Assembly (NCBI RefSeq): GCF_964204645.1
Contig: NC_134029.1
Location: 496,001 to 560,000 of the forward strand
Length of the DNA stretch: 64,000 nucleotides
From: Tubulanus polymorphus
Lineage: Eukaryota; Animalia; Nemertea
Direction: 5' to 3'
In this document: positions 16,921-30,400 of the stretch, in pieces
Position numbering within the stretch: position 1 is the first letter of the stretch
How the letters are laid out: every line of letters begins with the position of its first letter
Notes under the pieces: generated by a model
What the model saw: the letters and a program-made list of their open reading frames with translations, nothing else
The model's database searches: none
Told to the model about the DNA's origin: nothing
Program-made: the position numbers and the translations under genes

Positions 16921-19900
16921 GACTCAGATTTTGCCCATTCTGAAGGCGCCTGTTTAAATCAAACATTAAAATTAATCAATCGTCCATTGATTACGCCTAA
17001 TTTCAGATCAGTTTGATTGATCATTGATTGGTTTTGTGTCTGGTTTAAACCAGACATTTACACAATACAATATAATGTGTTATTGTTAAAGACTGTGTCT
17101 ATGTCTGAATTATGCATAGGGTGACATCTCTGTGTATGTTTCATAGGAGATTTTGCACAATCCTGACTAAAGATTTGTTTCTTTTCTTAAATCCCAATAG
17201 ATGCATTACATTGTTAGATTAGTTATAGAACCAAAATGAGCTTACACTGGGCTTAAGCTGTTGGATTGGTTATATAACCAAAATTAACTTAAACCGGTCT
17301 GATTAAAGAGCTGAGGCCGAAAATTGTTGAACTGGATCCTGTAAATCTAGGAGAGTAAAGAGAATGAACTATTTAAATTGTCTTACGTTCAAGTCTAATC
17401 AACGTATAGATGAGATTCAGCGGGTTTCGAAGAAGTGCAGATGGCGGTCGTAAGGTATAAAGTCCTAGTGGTTATAAATAGATTCTCACATCACATCTCA
17501 CTGCTATCACTGTTTAAGCACCTGAATATTAAGTTGCTAATCTATCAACTATTCGTATAAGCTGATTTTCAGTTCATGACTCTTACCAGATAAGCGTATC
17601 TAAGAAAGGACTTGCGGCATTTGCTTTTTTTCGGCTCACGACACAATGAACTATTCACATGGTAGAACATGGACGTTTGTAAATACTCGGCACCAAGTTC
17701 TCTACAGTTCTCAGTTAAAGTTAACTCTCTCTGAGTTCAATGAGTTGATTCTGAACTCAACTGCAGGGCATGGGGCTATCTTTTGGTGGCAAGTCTGTAG
17801 TACTGGTTGACAGACAAAACAATGACGTCACACGCAAGACCGCAATAAATTCCCTCAAAGCCCAAAAAATTGATTCCCCTCGAAGCTCTTATTTGTAATT
17901 TGTACGAATATTTAAACTCTTTTAAGTTTGGATATTATTGACTTCCTGTTCTGCTGTGTAGTAATGGAATCTCGTTTTTATTTAATGAAATGTACCGCGG
18001 TGGTTTAAGCCACGATGAGGAGTAGCCTCGAGGTCCGGCGCGACGCCGCCGTCGCCGCGCTGATCAATAACACCATACACCAGTAATATCTTACAGGAAG
18101 TAATGAATTACACGGATAGTCGTTCTCAGGGACGCGACGACGACAATTCCATCTTATTGTAATCAAAGAATCCTGACAGCTAAAGATTACGCTAATGTTT
18201 CATAAAGAAAGATTGAGATTAGTCGCTGCCAATAACTACAATCTAATCGCGTATGCCTCATAACAATATAACCTAATCATGAATACCTTTATAGAACTAT
18301 TCACTTCATAATTCTTAAAAAGTGGACGCGATGGCGATGAAGTTTTTTTATGCACTTAAAGAATTGTTAGAATTTGTTATCAGTGGTTAATCATTTCAGT
18401 TCTAGGGCCCCGGTTCCACAGTTGTGTGAGGTGAGTTAAAAATCATTTAATACTTAATTTAATACTTGATGTTTCAACTAGAAAGTTGTAATCGCAATGG
18501 TTGTAAATATCATAATGTATTGAAATGGACCTCACATTGGTTCGCTGTAGAAAATGCTAGATTCGACAACGCTGAATGTGAATTTGTATATCTTACAAAT
18601 CATGACGTTAAAAAAGAAGTGCTTGGAAATGATTGGTTGGAGGGCACAGGAGAGCAAACAGTTTTATGATTGTTGTATTTTATTTCGTCGAACCATCATT
18701 AGATTCATGGTGCATTTTATAGAATCTAACACTTCAGAAATCAATGATCATCACGTATCACTTCGTTTATCGAGATGTTCTCACATTTACGTCATTTATC
18801 TCTCGCGCCTTCTCGAATTACCTGTATAAACTTTACCGACCATCTCTCGGTCTACGTATAGTCGCATGGATTTGAATTTCAAATCACGACCGTTAATTAA
18901 CCGTTACTGTAAGTGATTAACGAGTATCGGACATTGTAAGCTATTAATCTTTTTACGAGAAGAATTTCATCTCCTGCGGAAAAACTCGTTTTATCAAAGT
19001 GCAATTTTTATCATCGGTTAAAGATTCACTCAACCACGACTAAACATTGAAACCAGCGCCATCAAACGAGATTAATCAGAACTACAGTCGATGCATGTGT
19101 ATCGTAGAAGACGCCGCCATGTTTGTTTGATGTCTCCGGCCCTCAGTCTAAAAGACATTTATCTAAAACCTCCATTTATTTGTCGTGTCAATACAAGTGT
19201 CTCTTACCATACATCGTCACCACCCTTCTCACACTCTCACTACTCTCACTGTTCTCACCCTTCTCACTACTCTCACTGTTATCACACTGACTGACGGTAA
19301 ACGTATTGATAAGAAGACAAAACGTTTATTTCGATGCCACCAACCGATGGATATTGCAAGATTTGCTAATGTCACCTTAAAAATTCAATCAATATTCTAT
19401 AACTGATTACTTGTGTTATTCCATGATTAAGATAGAAAAACAGTAAAGTTTTTTTATGCCACGACATTTTGTCTGTTGACGATTGCTGTTTAATAGGAAT
19501 CTCGAAAGATTTGTTACTTTCGTTCATAACGATAGAATATCTATTTTGCTAACTTCATTGTGATGTGATTTATTTTCCGTGTTACACTTTTATAAAATCA
19601 ATGAACCCATAGAATAAACATTAAAGATGTAATGATATCAAAAGGACTGCTTTGAAAAAACAAAGTTACGTAGCTTGTACAAGAAAAACAGCCATAAAGA
19701 AACGTAACACAGATAACTCATTATTCGTACGTTTTTACCTTCAAACCTACAAGCTTCACCTATAAAAAAGAAATGATCTTAAGGAAGACATTGAAGCCAT
19801 GTATTTACTGCTGTCGAGGTCCTCCGTGTATTGTTTGTTTGAGAAGTCGGATGCTTCGTGTTATTCTGTGAAACTAATAAAACTAATAGAACTACTCCCA

Positions 19901-20385
19901 TCGGAGACCGATCTATAATTGAAGCATCCACAAAATATTCTCCGATGCAAATACAACATCATAAAAAAACTACACGTCAACTAAGTGTCGAGTAACATGA
20001 ATTACCAGACGGTGTGAAGCGAGTGCTTGGGTAAAAAAAAAAACGAACCGCGTCATTGAGGCGAAAATCTGTCGCATGACGACAGCGCTGTGACAAGATA
20101 AAGTTTTACAGCCCGTTTAAATAGCAGCAGCGTCTGATGATCTGAGAGTCATTGCTAACTGATTGAACCGTGTCACTGTGCGCTACACGTTTACTGTTGA
20201 ATATACCACTTCGGATACTGGGACGCTGAAGAGCTGATATCTATGATCGGGATTACAAGTGAGATCCGTACGAGCTTCTTTCAAGTTTTCGGACTCTCAA
20301 AATTATGCTTTATCCAGCCGCTATATCGCAAGCTGTCGCCATGTCAATCCGTTCTAAATCGATGACTTAGGCTAATGGTCAACAA

Positions 20386-20467
20386 GCTGCGATGGCCGAG
20401 AGGTTAAGGCGTTGGACTCGAAATCCAATGGGATCTTCCCGCGTAGGTTCGAACCCTACTCGCAGCG
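20386..20467 (+). tRNA. tRNA-Ser(CGA)
   Basis: Identical to 5567-5648. Confidence 0.95.
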
Positions 20468-20716
20468 TGTCGCGTTTTGCAACTTTTGATTATTATATTT
20501 TATAATTAAATTGTGCGAATATTTGAAATTGTTCAACTTGATATTTTCATTTCCTTTAAAATCGTAGATCATCCTAGTTCGTTATAACGAGGTTCTGTAG
20601 CGAGTTCTGCATTTGAGTTTGACGTGGGTCAGAATTTTAAATATTTGTGATTTATATTTTCAGATTGAAAGAACCTCGTGATCAAAGAACATTTTAACGT
20701 CAGCAAGAAAGAAAAG

Positions 20717-21868
20717 ATGACCGAAAAAAACTCAACCGTTCAGATGTTAGTAACAACGTTAACGCTTGGCGGCAACAACGTCACGTCCAATCAATCAAAC
20801 GACGTAAACGTAACGCTAATAACCCGAAGCTTTGATTGTAAGTCTCACGTCCAGGATCCGACGTTAGAAAACGCTTGGGTTTTATACATGACGGATATTA
20901 TACTGATGTTAGTATCAATGATCGGTTGTTTGCTATTGTTGTGTTTAGTAGCACGAAACTCGTGGCAAGTGAGGACGCCAACAAACGTGCTTATAACGTC
21001 GTATCTAATCAGCGATATTCTTATGTCGTGTTTGGTGATTCCGTTACACATGGTATTAATAACGTCAGCTAACGCTTGTTTGAACGTACACGCCTGTAAG
21101 TTCTATCAATACGGAACCAGCACGTTATCGATGGCCGCCATCTACACCGTATTTTTAATCATGTTCGATTCGTTTTACGGATTGAGTTTCAGCGTTAAAC
21201 AAACGTTTAAAGAGAATTTCTGCACTTTTTCGTTAAGTTTCGTTTGGTTTTTCGCGTTAGCTTACAGCATCTGGACTCTAGTGTTATACTCGCCGGTTCG
21301 TCCGACCGCTGCTGTTAACGGAACCCTTGTCTCTCAATGCGGATTCTCGGTAACTTTCTTCTCGTACGGTTTAGTCTACTCGATAATCGATATAATGGTT
21401 ATGCTAATTATTCCCGATACGATGATAGTTTTATTGTTCATATTCATTTTTACGATGATTCGGGGAACGAAAAGTTCACCGGAACTTTACGAGACCGTAC
21501 GAATCGGAGCCATCCTTACTTTGATCTATACGATCACGTACCTACCACGTGCTGTTATACAATTCGGTGACGCCTTGAATTTGACCTTGAACGTGTTCGG
21601 AGACCGGACGACGATTTACGTACTGGAAATGTGGCAGTTTTTGAGGGCGCCTTTAAACTTTCTGGCGTTCGTTATTACGCGTAAAGATATAAGAGATAGT
21701 TTACTGACACGTGATACGTATCGTAACAGTTCCAGACAGAGTTGGTTGACTTGTTTAGAGGAGGAAGAAGAGGAGAATGATGAGAATAACGATGATACGC
21801 AGGGATATTCTCGTGTAGCATCAGTTGAAGTTCACTTGTTAGATAACAGTCTAGACACAACCCTTTAA
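20717..21868 (+). CDS. Orphan rhodopsin-like (class A) GPCR, single coding exon
   Basis: 7 hydrophobic segments, N-terminal N-glycosylation sites, RTPTN..I.S..ISD in ICL1/TM2, Cys at the top of TM3 and in ECL2, YLP in TM6. A splice acceptor at 20663 implies an upstream UTR exon. Confidence 0.85.
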   Translation: MTEKNSTVQMLVTTLTLGGNNVTSNQSNDVNVTLITRSFDCKSHVQDPTLENAWVLYMTDIILMLVSMIGCLLLLCLVARNSWQVRTPTNVLITSYLISDILMSCLVIPLHMVLITSANACLNVHACKFYQYGTSTLSMAAIYTVFLIMFDSFYGLSFSVKQTFKENFCTFSLSFVWFFALAYSIWTLVLYSPVRPTAAVNGTLVSQCGFSVTFFSYGLVYSIIDIMVMLIIPDTMIVLLFIFIFTMIRGTKSSPELYETVRIGAILTLIYTITYLPRAVIQFGDALNLTLNVFGDRTTIYVLEMWQFLRAPLNFLAFVITRKDIRDSLLTRDTYRNSSRQSWLTCLEEEEEENDENNDDTQGYSRVASVEVHLLDNSLDTTL

Positions 21869-22050
21869 ATATATCAAACATCAAACTCTGGTCTCACAAA
21901 TCTAATTACTATTTGTCTGCGATCATTTGAAGCTGTCGCTGTAATGATAATAATAATAGTATTTGACGTATGTGCTGAAAATGTGAAGGCTGTCATTAGT
22001 GACCAATCATTATGACCAGTCGTGAAAACTGAATCTCTCTGGACTGGGTT

Positions 22051-22462
22051 GTCTCGAATCTCCCCACACTGGTGGTCTCGAATCTCCCCACACTGGTGGT
22101 CTCAAATCTCCCCACACTGGTGGTCTCGAATCTCCCCATACTGGTGGTCTCGAATTTCTGCCTGGACTGATGGTATTGTATCTGCCTGGACTGGTGGTTT
22201 TGTATCTGCCTGGACTGGTGGTCTTGTATCTGCCTGGACTGGTGGTTTTGTATCTGCCTGGACTGGTGGTCTTGTATCTGCCTGGACTGGTGGTCTTGTA
22301 TCTGCCTGGACTGGTGGTCTTGATTCTGCCTGGACCGGTGGTCTTGTATCTGCCTGGACTGGTGGTCTTGATTCTGCCTGGACCGGTGGTCTTGTATCTG
22401 CCTGGACTGGTGGTCTTGATTCTGCCTGGACTGGTGGTCTTGTATCTGCCTGGACTGGTGGT
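22051..22462. repeat. 24-bp minisatellite with two variant blocks
   Basis: About 4 x GTCTCGAATCTCCCCACACTGGTG followed by about 13 x GTCTTGTATCTGCCTGGACTGGTG. Confidence 0.93.
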
Positions 22463-24490
22463 CGTCTTCAGTTGGTATCACGATTAAATATACATGTATT
22501 ATTTGTTTTATTGTATTTTTCGATGAATTTACAATAAAAGAATGACATAAACTACATGATAATTGTTAAATGAAACGCTTGAAGATACGACAGTGACAAG
22601 GATGCTGTTATTTCTATAGGGCAAAGTATCCTGCAGATATAAGCTGTTCAATCTCATATTGACCCGTAGAATCTATCAACATCATATAGTTGACTCCAAG
22701 AATTCAACTTTAGAAACTAATTCATATGAAGTACAACATCCATCTGTCATTGTTTCGTTTAGGTAGACACACGCCATTTTCTCTGATAACACGTTAGCTG
22801 AAGATCACATATCATCTCCCCACACTCAGCGGAAATTGTCTCGAATTTATCCCGACAATATCCTTCATGTGTGACAGTCTCATATAGTCCTAACTAATAC
22901 GAAATGGATGGTCGTTTTAGATATGAAAGTAAGGATCAAATATTGTCAGTGATTGATACTGTTTCAATGTCAGTGAACCTGTAGACACGTGCAGTACCTG
23001 ACATTAAAAAGCTATGTGAATGTCATTGATACAGTTTTCAAGAGATTTCTTCAGTAATTGATCTCCCATAAACTAACATATACATATATTACTGTCAGAT
23101 CTGAACAGTGAGGTAAATATAATATCCAACGTTTATACAACAATTTCGTCTGATAGGATTAACTCGAATTGACCAAGTGTAAAACTGATTGGGGATGTAC
23201 TCTAGGTGCTTTACCGGCGATATCGAATTAGCCTAGTTTCAATATAACCTTGAGGAGTGCTTCTCCCTCTCTCTCTCTGGTGACCTGAGGCTTTTCGGAG
23301 TACTCCCTGTTGATGCACGTGGACCCTGATTAACTAATCAAATCACAATTTTCTCAGAAGACAGTTTTGAATGTACGCCTATACGCTCAACACGGTGTAC
23401 CAGTAATCGTGACAGCAAATAGAGATCTATTGAATAAAATACAACACCCAAATATGTGTACAAATTACAAATCAGAGATTGAGGTATTTTCTGCATATTG
23501 AGTATCCACGAACCAGTTTCAGCCGTTGTTAAGATTTGATTCATCCCCCAATTGAAATTAACGAAATATAGAGTCTTAAAAATATCAGATCCAGAATTTA
23601 AACAAACAAACAAACTTAAACATCTTTAAAAACATCATATCAGAATTTTATACAGACATTATAAACAACAGGTACACGGCTAAAAACTGTAGGATGCATA
23701 TTTTCTATTCACGACAGATACGTGAGAGACAAACTGTGATACATTCAGTATGGAGTCTTATTGCGTCTGTGACGCGGTCTAACAAAGATTTATATGTCAT
23801 ATATCAGAGAATCACTCATAAATATGATATAAATCACCCGCAGTTGGAAAAACTAATCTCACTGTGCCCGAGACTGAGGAGAGTGGACTGAGGGGTGAGA
23901 GGAGAGAAAGGAGAGATGGGGAGTGAGGGGGAGAGGGGTGAGAAGGGGATAGGAGGAGCAGAGGTTTAAGGGGGGGGGGGATAAAATGAGGAGAGATAAG
24001 GTAGCTCGAGGCAGAACACAAAAATACTGACCAAATAAATCAAAATGTCAGATGATTCTGAAAAAAGACATTCGTTTCTCTTATATTTTTGTTGAATTGA
24101 TTTTCTTTTATCTGCAGCAAACACCAACCACAGATTTAATGATGCGACCAGTAATAAAATGGATGGATATCATACAATATTCATCTCTACAACTCTCAAT
24201 ATATTACATAATCCCGCAAATATATCCATAACTGAGACACCGCGTATCGAAAACCGTTGAAAATTGCTTTTATGATTTTTAGAAAGGGATAATATGTGAA
24301 TTCGAAGCTGATCGCAGATGCGTTAAAATGTGGTAGATGGCGGGCAGGTGAATGTACCATAACTGATCTGATCGCCGTCAGGTGGCAAATGAGTGTTCGT
24401 TTGAAACTCGTGATTAACTCGTGTGAATACGATCAGTTAGGTGGTGATACGGGTGACTGGACAGTGATAGACACCACCTCACTCCGGATT

Positions 24491-27400
24491 ATGGCTTTAT
24501 TCTATTGCACTTGTTTTATCTTCGTCTTCATATTTCTAGCAGCTGATTTCGTTGCCGTAGCTGCACTGGTTGGAGTACCGAAAATCAAAATAGGTTTGTA
24601 CGAAATATCTGTTCATCAATTCGAAATGCAAGAAGTTTATTAATCACTCTGGTTTTGCTAGATATTAGATAATGTTATCTAACAATGAATTGACTCATCA
24701 AAAACAGTGATGTATTAAATTGAATGTAGTAATGCTAATCATTAGAAAGTGCACTGAAACAAACCTAACCACGACTTGTTTTGAAGTGAATAACAAAAGG
24801 AGATTTGCGAACGAATGAATTTTATTTCTATATAAATATTTGAATAATAGTTACAATATAGAACGTTTACAGAATATGATTTATCATGAGGACACACCAC
24901 CAAGTACAGATACTGCACCACCGAAAGAAGGGGGTCTACCCCAAAAATTGTGATAATCGTAAACGATTTTAATCACACTTAACATAATGGTAATAATCAT
25001 CAAAATGGTGAAAATATATGGATATTCGGCTAATAAAGGGGATATTATTTTACAACACTGAAAACATGTTCGTTACGGAGGTTTGGTTAATGCGTTTTGT
25101 TTGCATGAACACATGAACGGACTGCTACTGCAGCTGGTGCTGTTGGGTCAATTGTGTTTGTTTCGCCCTGGAAATTGGTTACAAATTACGCATAATGCAA
25201 AATGACATAATTACATACGTACATCGCAGCTCCACAGTAGCCTAACACAGCTGTTGAAATCACTTAATTATAACCACCATTTACCCTACAATTAACACAA
25301 TGATTTCTCTAGTTATTTCGTAAAAACAAAATTCCAGTAGCGTTCGCAAAAATATGTTATAGTGGCCAGTGTGGGGGTCGAACCCACGACATTCGCGTTA
25401 TTAGCACGACGCTCTAACCGACTGAGCTAACCGGCCAATCTGTCAATATCGGTTTGCATTAAGCAATTGTACAATGACAAAAATATGCAAAATATATGCA
25501 AATACTGCTTTTAAAATGAGACATTATTTATTCGATACTTGTTTACTGAAATACTGAGCCTCGTTAATCGGTAGTACATGTCATTGACTAATTAGATAGA
25601 TTGAGACATCGGTCAGAGAATTAATTATTCACGGGTTCAATTCTGGTAGAGATCTTTTCCCAATAGAAACTTTCATTATTTATGAAGCCTAAATGTACTG
25701 ATAATAATCTTGTATTTGATGAAGTTTGTGAGGGTTAGTATTGGGTTAATCGTTCTCTACTGAATTGTGGGGTCAATCACGAGCGCGTGGTACATCACTT
25801 CAATTAACGTTACAGGCATAGTGACGCCACCGGACTCCCCCTGGCGGCGGACTATTCTCGACGCTTACAGAAGACTGACGTCCAGTTACGAAATCAACGA
25901 ACATTTGATAACGATTCAATCTTTCGAGTTCATCGATAAAAATGGTATCAAAAATGCGAATTCTCGTAAGTTATATTTCGTTCTATTCAATGCGTTTGTT
26001 TGTTTATACATCTTTATTTATAAGTTCAGTTGATATTCCACCTATATTCAGCTAATGAACTAACAGTGTGTTTTTTACTCCCACCCCGACTAAACCCACG
26101 CGTATATCAATGATTTTCTTGTTAAGCCAACTATAGGTTTATTAATAAATTAATTATAAACATTTTGCTGTTAGCTGTAGCCCTTAAGCTGTATGTAAAT
26201 GAATTGATGCAAAATTTCTCCCGATAAAGATTGTTTTACCTGTTTAGAAAAGAAAAAAAAATGAATGGAAACTCGATCGTGTAAAATGTTTTGTTGTAAA
26301 AACACATCATTTCCAAGGGAAAGATAGTTTTGACAATCAGCAGTCTGTCGATATTTACAGCAATTTGTGTTTTTATACTCGCTCTGTTTTCAAAATTGCG
26401 ACAATCAATGAATACATCCTAAGTACATCGTAAATACACGTTTCTCTTGTTTAATACCCAGCGTATGATAGAACACAGGCATACATTAATCATATGGCTA
26501 ATTAACAGGTTATTGGATGTTTGCAATGAATTAGAATTCAGTGACAGTTGTCAACATCATAAACTCAAGATAAATTTACGTTTAGAATACAAATTAATGG
26601 TTTAAAAGTGTTTGATATTTTGTTGATTTAACGCATTGTATATTTGTGAAATAGAAAGGAAAGTAAATATTTAACGAAATTCCCTTCAATTCTCACTTTT
26701 TATATATAGCAACATTGAGCATGTTTATGTGTTTTGAATACAATATCAATTATCTGAATGTCATTTGATATGCATATTTTATTGCAAAATTTTCAACTTT
26801 TAAAAGTTATCCACCACTAATAATTCAAAGATTTTACTATATCTTTTTATGCTGAACAAATAAGTCAGGTAACAAAAGTTTTGCCGGACATTTTTCAGCA
26901 TTCCAATATTGAGTGCTCCTATTGATGGACACCTCAACATTCAACCTGAAATCTTTCTCATCTGATGTTCCTTTTTTCGTATGCTTTCACCGTTTTTACT
27001 CACCAGATATGATCGTTTGAAAATTTGGTTAACAAAACTTTTGTTATCTGACTTTTTTTCTGGTTCAGCATAAAGCTCCATTCTGACTGCTTCGTGAGAT
27101 TCGACTTTTTTTAGTTTGCCTTATATTCTATCGCTTTTCAGTTGATCGAGTTTGTTCGGCTCAATGTAACTTATTATCTAAAGGTAAGTTTGATATAAGT
27201 TCAATTAATAACTCTGATATAGGTCTTTATTGTGCTTATTGATTATTCAATCTATTTATCATTGCAATATTTCTATCGATGTTTATGATGTTAATGTTTA
27301 CCTGTGGATGAACCCGCGAATAACTATTTATTGTAACCATTCATGGTATTTATCCAACTATTCAGCAACTGTACCGTGAATCTAAATGCAGAACTGGCGT

Positions 27401-30400
27401 TAGTGAACGTATTGTAAAAAGAGAAGATAATTCATAATTCATGAAATAATTTTCTATAAGTCTAAAACATCAATCGAAATAGATTTGAATAGAAACGAAA
27501 CATCAATCATTGCCTCATTCTATCAACAGAGGCCACTTTTTCATGAACCGCTATTACAGAATCGTGTTTCCCAATTTGGCTCACGCATTTTGTTATGTTA
27601 TTTACATTATGAATCAATCCGCTGTGGAATGTGTGATAATGGATTCGACCAATTTCGTGTGTGTAAAAATGACTGTAGAGTTTGATGTGTGTTTATTTCA
27701 GTGGCGAGAAGTTTACGGGATCAGAATGTATCGATAGTAATTGGTCCGTACAGTGAACTGATTAAAGATGTAGTAGAAACTGTACATATTCCATACCTGG
27801 TCGTAGATGAACAACCTACAGAAACTAAACATAGCAGTGATTCATACGTTTACAAATTAATGCCGTCACAATTTGATGTTCTGAAAGCCACAGTTGAAGA
27901 CGTCATCAAGAAACACAACTGGAAAGAAGTGTCTGTTATATATGATGGTTTAGATGGTAAGGATTAGCAGTTTGCTTGATCCTGGTGGAATGACGTCCAA
28001 TATGACGTATTTTAGATGATGGCTATACCTCCATCTCTATCTCTCCCTCCCTCTTCCTCTCCACGTCTTCCTCTGTGGAGTCAATTAATGGAAATTAAAC
28101 AGTTTGACGCTTGATCTAAAAGTACTTATATTTACGTTAGGTCCATTGAACAGTGCGCTCAGATTTTCCTGATTGCCAGCATGTATCTAGGCCGGTTAGC
28201 TCAGCTGGTTAGAGCGTCGTGCTAATAACGCGAATGTCATGGGTTCGAGCCCCATACTGGCCACAATATATTTTTAGGAAAATCATTTTCAACCGATCGC
28301 ATCATTGATGTTCTAGATTTTTTCTAAACAACTTTGTTCCTCGTTAGTCGATGTCCATCATGCTTTTGTCCAAATTTCATTTTTGTGATAGCCAATCATT
28401 TCCTTTGTAACATTTATTTTCTTCAGGTCTAGCATTAATAGGGTATCTACTAACCCATATTCCTGATCAGAAAACTCGGCTAACGCAATTCACAAATGAT
28501 CTGTCGTCTGACGAATTGAGAAAGCGATTAATTTATGTGAGACAACAGAAAACTAAGAACATAGTGGTAGCATGTCAGTATGAGAGGATACCAGCTATAC
28601 TGAATACAGTAAGTCTATCAAACTCATCATCATCATCTGAATGATTATCTTTTTTTTTGTCGGGAGTTAAAAAATTGTTGAAGGGTCTATGAAAATAAGA
28701 AGAACACCATAAACTTTTCAATTGTAATCTGTCTATGTGAACCTGACTCTAAGTATCAAGATAGTTTGAAGAAAATCTTTTTTAGTTGTGGTTGTAGAGC
28801 CCCGTGATGAACCTTTCAAATATATTGACAATGCCATCACCACAGCATCCATTATAGATTCCAATCTCAAATTGTATTCTTTTAAAATTTCTTTCCTTCG
28901 CGTTTCCATCATTGTGTTATGTTTAATTACTCCGTGATTGAGTACCTAAGAGTACTCAATTGAACAGAGCTCTCACCGCAGTTTTATTGACAGTTACAGC
29001 ATTACTTCATTACAGGCAATGGAGTTAAGTATGTTGACGTATCATTATCAGTGGGTTTACGCAACAATGGTTTGTATCAGTATCATTATCATCAGGAATA
29101 TCTACTATTTACTTCATCTTAACGTTCTAACGCTTATCACGTGTTACAGGACCCAGAGAGAACCGATCTGACCCCATGGGCCGATACAGGGGTCAACATG
29201 ACGTCATTCAGGCTTAATCAATATCCCAGAACCCGACGACGGCCTACTACTAACGTAGCGAAGTCAAGGTTACAGCTAGACCACGCTATCACAGAAGATG
29301 CTCTTTGCGTAGTAAAGAATATGTACAATACAGCGAGGAAGTTATTCGGCTGCAAAACGTCTACGAATTGCTGGATTTCTGGTAGAAACTTAAATACTAT
29401 CAATGTTAAGGTGCGCCTAAACTTACTTCTTAACTGATATTTCACAGGCTGTTTCCAATTAAAGATCTAACACGTATTTTGTGTTTTTAGTTTAAGGGTA
29501 TTACTGGAAATGTTGAATTTGATGCTTCTTTGAAGAGAACGAACCTAACGCTAGACGTGATTGGCTTGAATTCAACCGGTCTTTCAAAGGTTAGATAATG
29601 AGATGCTTAAAAAGTGGTTTAGTTATAGTAATCCATTTGAATCCGCTTTCACACTTCTTGGTTGAGATTAGACTCCAGGGCGAATCCATTGGAAATGCAC
29701 TCCATTGACTCTGAAGTCAAATTCATCCAATAACTTTGGACTTGGTCCTGATAAATGCCGCAGTAATAATGTAATTATGTAAATTTTGATGACCAGCAAT
29801 CCAACGGTTTACATTAACCATCTGTTAAGCCTTGATGATAATTGTCTTCTTTTGTAGAAAGGAAAATGGATTCAATTCGGAGGAGGAAGTGTTGATGATC
29901 GTTTGAGATTAGTTCCCCGCAATCGACCGGTTTCTTTATCAACTCGAATGAATCCGTTGGGTCGAGGTACATTAGCTCGAGTCGTTACTATACTTGTAAG
30001 TAGTCAACACCATCTAGTCAGTTTCGTCAAAATATCAAAGATGGCCGCTTGTGGTAGAATAAGTTTAAATTCAAGTTTAAGTTTATTTGACCGAATGAAA
30101 AATATATGGAGAGATAAAGAAAAGAGAACACAAAACATACAATTAATGTATATTCACGTTTCCCAGTTCTGGGCCCAGTTTCAAGGATGACAAAATGAAC
30201 CTCTGGCTTTGTAAAACTGGGCCCACGGTCCTATTCAATTTGTGAATGATTCTACCGTAATATTGTGCTCATCAAAATGGTTATCTCGATCAATCTTGAT
30301 AATAGTGATGATAATTTTCTTTGTTTCGTGGAGAACCCTAAATGCCTTTATGAGTTGTCACTTTTACATTGATTTACATTTTCTATATTAGGAGAAACCA

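Noticed and set aside
21996-22537. Three overlapping repetitive ORFs
   Set aside because: By-products of the 24-bp minisatellite.
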